A stretch of 64,000 bases of DNA, from NCBI GenBank assembly GCA_025829515.1, contig GCA_025829515.1_4865.1. One strand, given 5' to 3'. The notes under the pieces were generated by a model. That model searched no databases, was not told where the DNA came from, and worked only from the letters and a program-made list of their open reading frames with translations. Shown here piece by piece: positions 7,072 to 15,539 of this stretch. Source of the stretch: a phage. The translations under genes and the position numbers were made by a program. Numbering within the stretch: position 1 is the stretch's first letter; every line of letters starts with the position of its first letter.

Positions 7072-9369
7072 ATGAAAGATACCCGTATCGCTAGTCTGGA
7101 CCAGCTGGTTCAGCAGGGCAATGCTCTGGTCGCTGCTGCCAAGGCAGGCTCTTCCGCTAATGACGTATGGCAAACCGTAGCCGTTGGCGAATCTGTACGT
7201 AAAAATGCTGCCGGCTTCACCAACCTGCGTGACACTGCTCAGCAGCACTACGAAGCTGTAAACCCTGGCAAAACCATGAGCCACGCTGCTCAGGTTGCTT
7301 CTGCGATGATTCTGGCTGCTGCCGGTCACGAAGATGACTTCATGACCCGTGTTGCTGCTGAGAGCGCGAAGCCGGAATATGCCAGCTACATGCCGATCGC
7401 TATTTCTGGTGCAGCATCTCTGGCTGCTGACTACGGTAAAACTCCGCTGGTCGCAACCGAATACTACACCAACAAAGACCTGGACAAAAACCTGGGTCTG
7501 ACCTGGACGCTGAACGTGCGTGCTCTGGAAACTCAATCCAAGTTTGCAGAAACCCTGTTCCCGACCATCACTGTGGACACCAACGACGTCGGCATCACCG
7601 TTCGTACCAAAGTTACTACTGTAACTCGCGGTATCCTGAACGCCCTGCTGACCAAAGACGTGGTTGAAGACAACCGTCAGCCGCTGCATAACGCGCTGTC
7701 TAACCACAAAGTCCTGCAGGACGATGCTATCCGTATCGTACCTTACGTGATGGAAACCGGTGAGAACGCGAAGTTCTTCGTATCCGAAGACATCATCGAA
7801 AACGAAAACGTTCAGCTGGGTCGTGTGCCGGCGTATCCGACCAACTACCTGAGCTTCTCTGAACGTCGTCTGAACCTGTTCCAGCTGTCTGCCCATCCGG
7901 GTATCGTGCAGGAAGGTTACGATGAAACCGACGAAATCGCACCGGGTGCGGCGCTGGGTAGCCTGCTGCTGTCTGTGCGTAAGCCGACTGAAGAAGCGAA
8001 AGATGGCGCGCTGATCAAACTGAACGTACGCGACATGCAGTTCGCTACCTTCCAGCGTCCTCCTGAAGGTGATGGCCGTGAGCTGGTCCTGCAGTTCCGT
8101 CGCACTGTGTTCTCCCTGAACGCCAAGTCTCTGGACTGGAAAGGTGCTGAAATCCCGGCACTGGCCGCTCTGGCACAGAACGATTACACCATTCGTTATT
8201 CCATGAACATCAGCATGTCTCTGTTCACCAACGGTCAGTTCTCTGGTCGTGTTGACGTGACTGCACCGTCTCTGGAAATCGAAGGTCTGTACGACGCAAC
8301 TGGTACTGCTGTTGATATCGAAAGCGGCACCGGCAAAGTCATCATCGACAACCTGAAACTGGAGCTGCTGGGCTGGCGCTTCGACGGTACTCGTACCAAC
8401 GAGAACCGGAGAACCCAGGGCCTTCTGCTCGACCCGATTTGGGAACAAGAGAACTACAAACTGCAGTACGGTTCTCCGATCATGACCAAATCTCCGGTTG
8501 GCGTTGAATACGACGACACCGAACGTCTGGACGACCTCGTTTCTGCGGTTAACATCCGTAACGAAATGCTGGCTATCACTCAGACTCTGTCTTACACCGA
8601 AGCGGTTAAGAACGCAGCTGCGTCCATGATCACTCCGTGGGACAAACCTGCTATCCGCGGCCTGGGCCGTCACTGGGTTGCTCCGTGGTACAGCGAAAGC
8701 GACTACGAAGTGGACAAAGTGATCCAGTCTCTGGATACCAAAGATGCGCTCATCAACGCCCGTCAGGGTCTGGTACAGCGTATCGGCGACCAGGTAACTC
8801 GTGCTATCCAGGATTCTCGTTTCATGCCGGCTCTGCGCCTGCTGACTGCGGACCCGAACGCACTGCCGAAAGTTGTTATCGCAACTGACGAACCGACTGC
8901 TGCAATGCTGCTGCTGGTTCAGGGTGACCAGCGTCTGCTGGGCGATCGCTACGAGTACGAAGTTATCACCACCAACGATGACCGCTGGCGTGTGAAGAAC
9001 GAAGCTGACGGCAGCTGGACTCGCCGCCTGCAGTGGGTTCTGAAAGTTCCAACCGCTGATGATGGTTCTTACTGTGTTCTGAACTGGGGTAACCACTTCT
9101 GGTCTCCGATCATGGTAACCAACATCAACATCCAGCGTAACGGCGCTACCAGCAAAGAGCTGGCAGTACAGCCTCGTAACGCGCACATCTGCCACTGCCC
9201 GATCACTGGTCTGATCTGGATTAAAGGTATCACCAAGTTCGTGGAAGAGAAACTGGCGTTCAACGTCACTACTACTTCCAACGGTACCGGCGGTACTGAC
9301 GGTGGTAATGCTGGTGATGTTGGCGGCGGTACCCAGCCAGGTACTGGCGGTGAAGGCGCTGGCGGCTAA
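7072..9369 (+). CDS. major structural protein, candidate major capsid protein (765 aa)
   Basis: Strongest high-expression codon bias in the window (CTG, CGT, GGT, ACC; antisense frame stop-free); size fits large-phage capsid/sheath proteins; Gly-rich C-terminal tail. Capsid vs sheath vs other abundant protein is not resolved. Confidence 0.45.
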   Translation: MKDTRIASLDQLVQQGNALVAAAKAGSSANDVWQTVAVGESVRKNAAGFTNLRDTAQQHYEAVNPGKTMSHAAQVASAMILAAAGHEDDFMTRVAAESAKPEYASYMPIAISGAASLAADYGKTPLVATEYYTNKDLDKNLGLTWTLNVRALETQSKFAETLFPTITVDTNDVGITVRTKVTTVTRGILNALLTKDVVEDNRQPLHNALSNHKVLQDDAIRIVPYVMETGENAKFFVSEDIIENENVQLGRVPAYPTNYLSFSERRLNLFQLSAHPGIVQEGYDETDEIAPGAALGSLLLSVRKPTEEAKDGALIKLNVRDMQFATFQRPPEGDGRELVLQFRRTVFSLNAKSLDWKGAEIPALAALAQNDYTIRYSMNISMSLFTNGQFSGRVDVTAPSLEIEGLYDATGTAVDIESGTGKVIIDNLKLELLGWRFDGTRTNENRRTQGLLLDPIWEQENYKLQYGSPIMTKSPVGVEYDDTERLDDLVSAVNIRNEMLAITQTLSYTEAVKNAAASMITPWDKPAIRGLGRHWVAPWYSESDYEVDKVIQSLDTKDALINARQGLVQRIGDQVTRAIQDSRFMPALRLLTADPNALPKVVIATDEPTAAMLLLVQGDQRLLGDRYEYEVITTNDDRWRVKNEADGSWTRRLQWVLKVPTADDGSYCVLNWGNHFWSPIMVTNINIQRNGATSKELAVQPRNAHICHCPITGLIWIKGITKFVEEKLAFNVTTTSNGTGGTDGGNAGDVGGGTQPGTGGEGAGG

Positions 9370-9400
9370 TAATCCGTAAGGATTACGTTGCCTAAGATTA

Positions 9401-9438
9401 GCTTACTCCCTTCGGGGAGTAAGCTTTTTCTTTTTTTC
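9401..9438 (+). terminator. rho-independent terminator (UUCG tetraloop)
   Basis: gcttactccc-ttcg-gggagtaagc plus tttttctttttttc. Confidence 0.85.
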
Positions 9439-9444
9439 TAAAAA

Positions 9445-9469
9445 TTTATAGATAGATATTATCTTAGGG
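9445..9469 (+). promoter_or_regulatory. promoter-like motif variant (TTTATAGATAGATATTATCTTAGGG)
   Basis: Shares the AGATA-N-ATATTA core with the three-copy motif; sits between terminator and AAGGAG-ATG of the next gene. Confidence 0.4.
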
Positions 9470-9504
9470 AGAGAGTCGTTCGGTTTTAACTTAAGGAGAC
9501 AGTA

Positions 9505-10203
9505 ATGGTAATCAATTTAGAAAAATCAAGATTAGTTGCGCCTATGTTCGACGGCAGAGGATTTATGGCAGCCGGCTTTTTTGCATCGGAATGCTCTGTT
9601 CCCTTCCGTGAAAATTCTGAAGAACCTACTAATTTTTATCTCAGTCACGATGCGGTAAGTGCGATATTGCAGTGGGTGAGGATGTGGGAACTTCATTTAC
9701 AAGGTGATGATAGTCTGCGGATGGATTATCCGCAGTTAAATATAAACGGTGTTGTGTTCACTCTATATTCCATCGCCGACTACGACTACAATGAGCTGAA
9801 AAATATACACCCTAGCCAGGCAACGCAAATATTCGACACCATACGTCAGAACTTCGCGACTGGGTTTACTGAACGGAAAGATTTGTGGGAAAAAGCCAAT
9901 CACCCATTTGGTAGTTATTCTGCGGAGTCGTTTAACGTTCTCGGCAGAAGGATGGAGTTTGACTACGATAACGCCGCAGTGCGTTATAATTACCAAATCG
10001 TGAATCAGCCGATCCCCGCCCCGTATGCGTCTCTCGAGTTAACGATGGTAAAGATAGCCGATGCACTCCTCTCAGTAGCAAACACGAACACGTATCCGCA
10101 AGCTGGATACGAGCTGGGTCTGAAGTTGGGCTTCGGCGACCAGAAGTTGGCCGATTTAACCCGCGACCAACTCCGCGAAATAGCCCAACGCCTAATACCC
10201 TAA
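9505..10203 (+). CDS. hypothetical protein (232 aa)
   Basis: ORF with AAGGAG 6 nt before ATG. Confidence 0.75.
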   Translation: MVINLEKSRLVAPMFDGRGFMAAGFFASECSVPFRENSEEPTNFYLSHDAVSAILQWVRMWELHLQGDDSLRMDYPQLNINGVVFTLYSIADYDYNELKNIHPSQATQIFDTIRQNFATGFTERKDLWEKANHPFGSYSAESFNVLGRRMEFDYDNAAVRYNYQIVNQPIPAPYASLELTMVKIADALLSVANTNTYPQAGYELGLKLGFGDQKLADLTRDQLREIAQRLIP

Positions 10204-10250
10204 AGTTTTTTACGTTACGGGCACTGGGTATGAACCCGTGCCCAAAGTAA

Positions 10251-10276
10251 TCTGAGATAGATATTATCTACGTGAA
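10251..10276 (+). promoter_or_regulatory. promoter-like motif variant (TCTGAGATAGATATTATCTACGTG)
   Basis: Same AGATAGATATTATCT core as 9451; preceded by hairpin 10219-10243. Confidence 0.4.
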
Positions 10277-10308
10277 TAATTCTTTTGGTATTATTACTGG
10301 GATGCTCA

Positions 10309-11313
10309 ATGAACCGTTATGATTTAGACGTTCAGCCAACGCTAACCCAGCGGCCCATGCACCGTGGTGCCGTGTCGAAGACTATCACGTACGAAAATAA
10401 TACCGGGTTTCCCATTTACGTCACTGAACTCAGTGGCGGGCATTTTGTTTTAGCCCCGTCGTCCACCACAGCGGCGGAATTTGGGATTGTTATTTACGTG
10501 ACCTATACGGTGTTTGCGAACGGTGCTAACCTATCTGGTTTGCGCGACGCACATTCGCCAAAGCAGTATGCGCAGATATGTAAGGAATTAACTACGAACG
10601 GCGAAACAACGCTGATGTATGTAGTTGATGATATCGGTGCATTAATGCGAGGCGACTTGGTGGTGTTGAAGAAGCTAGGAATGGCTTTCTCTACCCAACC
10701 AGTAAAACTCGATTCTGAGGTTATTGGTAAGCCTGGAGGGGATCGTAAAGAATTTGCCTTGGGCGTGGTAGTTGTGCAGAAGTACGAAGACCCAGCACCT
10801 TTAAAGTGGCTGAGGTTCTATACAACGATGTTGGAAGTCGAACCGATTCGATCGAAGTATTACGACGAGGGTATTTACATGGTAATCGGTGGTGCGGAGT
10901 GTGTCGAAGGGGGTAAGATGATAATGTACGCTTTCGATGACCCGATGTCCCCGTTCCGGGCGTTTGCATCTGAAGATGAAGCGAGGCGTTATCGGTGGCT
11001 CGATAACATTCCAGAGTTGCGAGATGTTCGTGCGAAGCTGGAAGCCACGTATCAGGCCAAGTTGCAAGATCTCGATGAGAAAAAGAATCGGCAAGACCTC
11101 GATTATCGTACGCAACTTAATAATCTGGCGCTGGAGAAGGAGAGGATTAACACCCTTAACGCAATCCAGACGAATGAGCTTAAGTTGCGTTCCGATGTTC
11201 GTAAAGACCAATACGAGTCCCGAGCTTATCAGCGAAAAGATAGCTCGGAGTTCTTGAAATCCATTCCCGCGTATTTGGCTGCAGGGGTAGCACTCGTTGG
11301 GATGATTCTCTGA
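10309..11313 (+). CDS. hypothetical protein with C-terminal coiled coil and TM anchor (334 aa)
   Basis: In-frame ATG at 10309 (track start 10285 is TTG); C-terminal heptad-like region ending in hydrophobic AYLAAGVALVGMIL. Confidence 0.65.
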   Translation: MNRYDLDVQPTLTQRPMHRGAVSKTITYENNTGFPIYVTELSGGHFVLAPSSTTAAEFGIVIYVTYTVFANGANLSGLRDAHSPKQYAQICKELTTNGETTLMYVVDDIGALMRGDLVVLKKLGMAFSTQPVKLDSEVIGKPGGDRKEFALGVVVVQKYEDPAPLKWLRFYTTMLEVEPIRSKYYDEGIYMVIGGAECVEGGKMIMYAFDDPMSPFRAFASEDEARRYRWLDNIPELRDVRAKLEATYQAKLQDLDEKKNRQDLDYRTQLNNLALEKERINTLNAIQTNELKLRSDVRKDQYESRAYQRKDSSEFLKSIPAYLAAGVALVGMIL

Positions 11314-11324
11314 GGGAGGCCGGT

Positions 11325-13103
11325 GTGTTTAAAGATGCGATTAGGAAGATTAAAGAGGCAGGCGAAATAGTGCCTTTTAATCGTGCAATTGCAGAAGGAG
11401 TTGGGTACACACAAGCTAAAGATGGGATACATGATCGTGTGGCAACCATTCTACGTCGTGAGTTGACGTATGATGAAATCGATAACCCGAAATTACCAGA
11501 AGGGTTAACGGTGTTAGGCTGCCGTCAGATGTCCCCGTTTGAAGCTTTTATCTTTAAGTTATCGAAGTCGGATAACAATTCACGAAACAATCGTGGCCGG
11601 TCAATTATTAACATCTCATCCACTGACACGTATATGGTAATGGCCTCGTTCCGAGTTCCAGGCGATCCTCGCCCGGTGCAACGACCAATGAGCCTGCCGT
11701 TTATTCGTCGTGGCGGCTTAATGAACTACTACGGTACAACGTACCACGTAGCACCTGTAATCCACCAACCTGGTATTTGTCGTGAGCACGGTGGTATCTT
11801 TATTAACTTTGACTTCACACGCAAGGTGTCTATCAAGTTCTGTAAGAAACCAACGAAGATTCTGGTGAATGGTCGCCCTGAGCAGCTGTTCTTGCCAGGT
11901 ACATCGAATCTGTTTGTCTCAACTGGACAGATTGGACACGACACCGATGAGAAGCCACTGATGTATTGGCTCTTTGGGCGTTATGGCTTTAAACAAGCCG
12001 TGAAGCGTTATGCGGGCGTTGATGTGACGATTTGGCCAGCGATTAAAGTACGTGATGTGGACTTAACGAAGTATGTGGTGATTCAATCTGGTGAGCCACA
12101 ACTCGCGAAGACCATCCAGTACGTACTGTTGGTTAAACGTGAAGATATGCCTAACACCGATGCAGGGCGTTGGGATCAAAACGAACATCTGTTGCTGGTA
12201 GCGACTGCCGCATTCTTCAAAGCGGCGCACTATTACGCAGGTAAACAGAACAGTAAGAACGGTCGTGCACCAACACTGCCGGGGCTGTTTACACAGATTA
12301 ACGAAATGGCAATGGACGAAGATATTGCGAACCTCAATTCTGCAGCCTCCTGGCGCGAAGTGTTGGGTCGTAGTATTCGCGGACTGAAGCCTTCGGATAT
12401 CGAACTGAGTCGCAGTATGGACAGCCACTTCCAGGAATGTGAACGCTATGTCAACAGCACCTTCCGTGGTGAGCTGATGGCAAACGATCCGTCCATCCCT
12501 GATGATTTGGATATGTTTGATTTCCTCTGGTACACCACGCAGCTGATGGTGCGTACTCGTCTTACCAAACAAGATGATATTCCGTCTATGTACGGAAAAC
12601 GTCTCACGGTAACCGATTACTTACTGTTGGGCCAACGTGGCTTTACCACAACGATCTCGAAAATACGTTGGAAGCTGGGGCAGTTGGAACATCGGACTCC
12701 AGAGACAGCGGCGAAGTCTATTCGAGACGCACTGAACAAACAGATCGTGCTCAATCTGGTGATGCGCACCATTACGAGCAACGGCGGTATCAGTTTCTTC
12801 AATGCCTCTACAGAATCAATGGTATTGGCAGTGTCTACGCACGCCATCGGTCAAACCGAAACCGATGCTAAGCGTTCGAAGAAAGGAGGCAAGACCGTTA
12901 ACTTGAACGACCGTACTAAGCACGCATCTGCGTCGCATCTGGAATGTGGTAACGTCTACTATATTCCTAAGTCGGCACCGTTTAAGGCGAACATCCTCAA
13001 CCCGTACATGAAGACCAACCCAAGTTTGGTAATGATGCGGAATCCTAAACTGGACCCGTACATCAGACCGACCGAAGAAGACATTGCTAAAATCGGCCGC
13101 TAA
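11325..13103 (+). CDS. hypothetical protein (592 aa)
   Basis: GTG start with GGGAGG 5 nt upstream, immediately after upstream stop. Confidence 0.75.
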   Translation: MFKDAIRKIKEAGEIVPFNRAIAEGVGYTQAKDGIHDRVATILRRELTYDEIDNPKLPEGLTVLGCRQMSPFEAFIFKLSKSDNNSRNNRGRSIINISSTDTYMVMASFRVPGDPRPVQRPMSLPFIRRGGLMNYYGTTYHVAPVIHQPGICREHGGIFINFDFTRKVSIKFCKKPTKILVNGRPEQLFLPGTSNLFVSTGQIGHDTDEKPLMYWLFGRYGFKQAVKRYAGVDVTIWPAIKVRDVDLTKYVVIQSGEPQLAKTIQYVLLVKREDMPNTDAGRWDQNEHLLLVATAAFFKAAHYYAGKQNSKNGRAPTLPGLFTQINEMAMDEDIANLNSAASWREVLGRSIRGLKPSDIELSRSMDSHFQECERYVNSTFRGELMANDPSIPDDLDMFDFLWYTTQLMVRTRLTKQDDIPSMYGKRLTVTDYLLLGQRGFTTTISKIRWKLGQLEHRTPETAAKSIRDALNKQIVLNLVMRTITSNGGISFFNASTESMVLAVSTHAIGQTETDAKRSKKGGKTVNLNDRTKHASASHLECGNVYYIPKSAPFKANILNPYMKTNPSLVMMRNPKLDPYIRPTEEDIAKIGR

Positions 13104-13134
13104 TTATTACATCTCTTAAGGAGTATTATTTACA

Positions 13135-14805
13135 ATGAGCATTACTGTTGAACAAATCAAAAACGTCATCGTTAAACATCTCGATCAGGACGCGGTACTG
13201 TCGCAGTTGAATAACGTGATGCGTAGTCGTAGCATTCCGCCAGATCAGGCGTTAAAGATTGCGACGTATGTTGCGGCATGGGCAGCATCCAAAGGGGGTA
13301 GTGAAGCACAGGTTATCGCATATGCAGTCGATGCGTATAAAGCAGCTGCCTATCAGCAAGTGCATAACGCAGGCGACGCGTATAACGACGATCGTCACAC
13401 CAAACTGGTTAATGCTTGGGAACAAGTCGGTAAGATTCTTGCCGAAATTCGTTCTCAGCAGTCCGGCGGTTTGGGTGGCAGTGGTGGTTTAGGTGGTGGT
13501 AGCAACGCAGGCGGGTTACTGGGCGGTAACAGTTCTGGCGGTGTGCGTGTTACTGACGGCTTGACTATGTCTTCTGCGCCATCCGGTGGTGTTAAGATTG
13601 GTAACACAGATGCGGCACTAACCGTGATTGCTGGCGGTGCAGGTCTTAACCTGGTCAGTGATCCTATTCTGAACCCACAGCCAGCGCAAGTAGCCCCAGC
13701 ACAACAGCCCCAGCCTGAACCAGCACCGGTGCCTGTACAACCAATGCCGGTGTCTAATGCTACAGTTAATAACCCAGTGCTTTCCCCACTCGGCGCAACA
13801 GAAGAAACCGAGAAGGACACTACCAATGGCCCAATTAACAACATTCTGCAGGAGATTGATTTGATGGAAGACTACGCACTTCACGAGCTGAAAACCCCCG
13901 AGCTTAAAATGTCGATTCCAGCGAAGGAAGCTAACAGTCGCATTAAGCAATCTGTTTACGCGGAAACGCGTGATTGGGCTACACCGTTGCAAGATATCTT
14001 TAACGGTAATGAAGAGGTTGTTTTCTACGACGGGGCTGACCTGATTGTGCGTGCACGGGATAGTTATCGCGCGTATCTGGTTGGTGTTAACACTGATATG
14101 TGCGAACGCATGAAGCAATTTGTTGCTAAGCACGACGCACTGAAATCCGATCTCGACAGCCTGGCGCTGGTAGAAGATGTTGAAACTATCATGGCTAAGG
14201 TGAAACGTACGATCGATGAGCTGCGTAAGAACACGAAAGAACTGCACGATTATGCGATTGCGAACAGCAGCGAAGCAGAAGTGGTTATCAGTGAGATTTC
14301 TCGCTTTGCTAACGCGTATCTGGCGAACATCACGTTCTTGGTACATAACGCGCTGTCGCTGGGCACTAAGCGTGGTAAAGATGTGCCGAAGTTCAAAGCC
14401 ATCGATTTCGAACGGAAAATCAGCGATATTGATTTCTTCGTAAAAGATCTGTTCACTGCAACCGCTGGCGACAATGGCGTAAGTGAATATGAAGATTGGT
14501 TCCGTGACCTGTTCCTGATGGTGGCGAACTCTCTGCGCAAACTGACTATCAAGCTGAGCGATTCTGGCAAGGTGGTTAATCTGATTCAGAGCCAGTTCAC
14601 CATCGTGATTCCAGGCATGTACCATTCTGTTGATAAACACGACGTAGTTACGGTAGCGTCTCTGGGCAATACCGCAGACCCGGTTGTGTCTATCTACGAA
14701 GCAGTACAGGAAAACGTGCCACATGCAATTGTATTGATGCAGCTGCCGCAGCACACTTACTTGCTTCTGAGCAATGGTGAGAAAACTGCACCAGTGTTGT
14801 ACTAA
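13135..14805 (+). CDS. hypothetical protein with Gly-rich and Pro/Gln-rich linkers (556 aa)
   Basis: AAGGAG upstream; low-complexity GGLGGSGGLGGG and PQPAQVAPAQQPQPEPAPVPV segments; terminator follows. Confidence 0.75.
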   Translation: MSITVEQIKNVIVKHLDQDAVLSQLNNVMRSRSIPPDQALKIATYVAAWAASKGGSEAQVIAYAVDAYKAAAYQQVHNAGDAYNDDRHTKLVNAWEQVGKILAEIRSQQSGGLGGSGGLGGGSNAGGLLGGNSSGGVRVTDGLTMSSAPSGGVKIGNTDAALTVIAGGAGLNLVSDPILNPQPAQVAPAQQPQPEPAPVPVQPMPVSNATVNNPVLSPLGATEETEKDTTNGPINNILQEIDLMEDYALHELKTPELKMSIPAKEANSRIKQSVYAETRDWATPLQDIFNGNEEVVFYDGADLIVRARDSYRAYLVGVNTDMCERMKQFVAKHDALKSDLDSLALVEDVETIMAKVKRTIDELRKNTKELHDYAIANSSEAEVVISEISRFANAYLANITFLVHNALSLGTKRGKDVPKFKAIDFERKISDIDFFVKDLFTATAGDNGVSEYEDWFRDLFLMVANSLRKLTIKLSDSGKVVNLIQSQFTIVIPGMYHSVDKHDVVTVASLGNTADPVVSIYEAVQENVPHAIVLMQLPQHTYLLLSNGEKTAPVLY

Positions 14806-14812
14806 GTAATAC

Positions 14813-14848
14813 GGAGACCTTCGGGTCTCCTATTATTATTTTTTATTC
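14813..14848 (+). terminator. rho-independent terminator (UUCG tetraloop)
   Basis: ggagacc-ttcg-ggtctcc followed by T-rich run. Confidence 0.8.
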
Positions 14849-14870
14849 TATCGTGAAAAGGAGTATTAAA

Positions 14871-15137
14871 ATGTCTAGTGTTGAAGCAGTAATCTATTTT
14901 GAAAACGATGGGGTCGCAGGGTGCGGCTTCCCGAAGACAGCTGGGGTTAAATCTCTGTTGGCAAAGTATAAAGAAGAGCTTAAGAAAACGGCAGGGCAGA
15001 ACCCTGGCGTGCCACTGCGTAGTGTTTTTCCTGAGATGGAGAAGGCTGCAAAAGTTGATCCGGTGTTGGGTATGTTCTGCGGGATGATCAAAGAGCGATT
15101 CCCTGACATTGATAAGTACCACATTACGCTGGTGTAA
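14871..15137 (+). CDS. hypothetical protein (88 aa)
   Basis: ATG at 14871 with AAAAGGAG 7 nt upstream (track start 14853 is GTG inside the terminator tail). Confidence 0.65.
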   Translation: MSSVEAVIYFENDGVAGCGFPKTAGVKSLLAKYKEELKKTAGQNPGVPLRSVFPEMEKAAKVDPVLGMFCGMIKERFPDIDKYHITLV

Positions 15138-15139
15138 TT

Positions 15140-15160
15140 ATTATAGAGTAGCTCTATAAT
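15140..15160. promoter_or_regulatory. perfect 9 bp inverted repeat, operator-like
   Basis: attatagag-tag-ctctataat immediately before the SD/ATG of 15172. Confidence 0.3.
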
Positions 15161-15171
15161 GAGGTTCGAGC

Positions 15172-15474
15172 ATGGTAAAGTTCATTGTTGTCAATATGGA
15201 TTTTGAGCGTAGTGTGCGTTTTCGCTTTGAGTTACCTGAAAACAAAGCGACTGAAGCTTTCTTAGCCGACTTCCACAAAGCCAAAACTGCGATCAGTCAT
15301 GGACGTCGCTGGCAAATCTTCTATAACGCCCGTAAAGGCCTCCTGAAGGCGTTAAAAGCAGCAAAGGATACAAAGGTATTGGAAAAGCTAGAACCTTTCC
15401 AGAACGACCCTCTGGCGATTGGTATCATGCTCGACGAATTGGTTAATAAACCTAAAGCTGCTACAGAAGATTAA
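15172..15474 (+). CDS. hypothetical protein (100 aa)
   Basis: ORF with GAGG upstream; ends at the bidirectional terminator. Confidence 0.65.
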   Translation: MVKFIVVNMDFERSVRFRFELPENKATEAFLADFHKAKTAISHGRRWQIFYNARKGLLKALKAAKDTKVLEKLEPFQNDPLAIGIMLDELVNKPKAATED

Positions 15475-15539
15475 AAAAAAAGAAAAGGTACCTCTCCCCG
15501 AAGGGAGAGGTAAACCTTATTTCTTTTTCTTTTTTTGTT
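15474..15539. terminator. bidirectional terminator between convergent genes
   Basis: Hairpin cctctccc-cgaa-gggagagg (15491-15510) flanked by an A-run upstream and a T-run downstream. Confidence 0.75.

Noticed and set aside
7048-9195. 715 aa - strand ORF antisense to the major structural gene
   Set aside because: Shadow ORF produced by extreme codon bias of the + strand gene; no SD, no terminator context, and it lies fully inside a far better supported gene.
13618-14754. 378 aa - strand ORF antisense to 13135-14805
   Set aside because: Fully contained in the longer + strand gene, which has an AAGGAG SD and a downstream terminator; no start context on the - strand.
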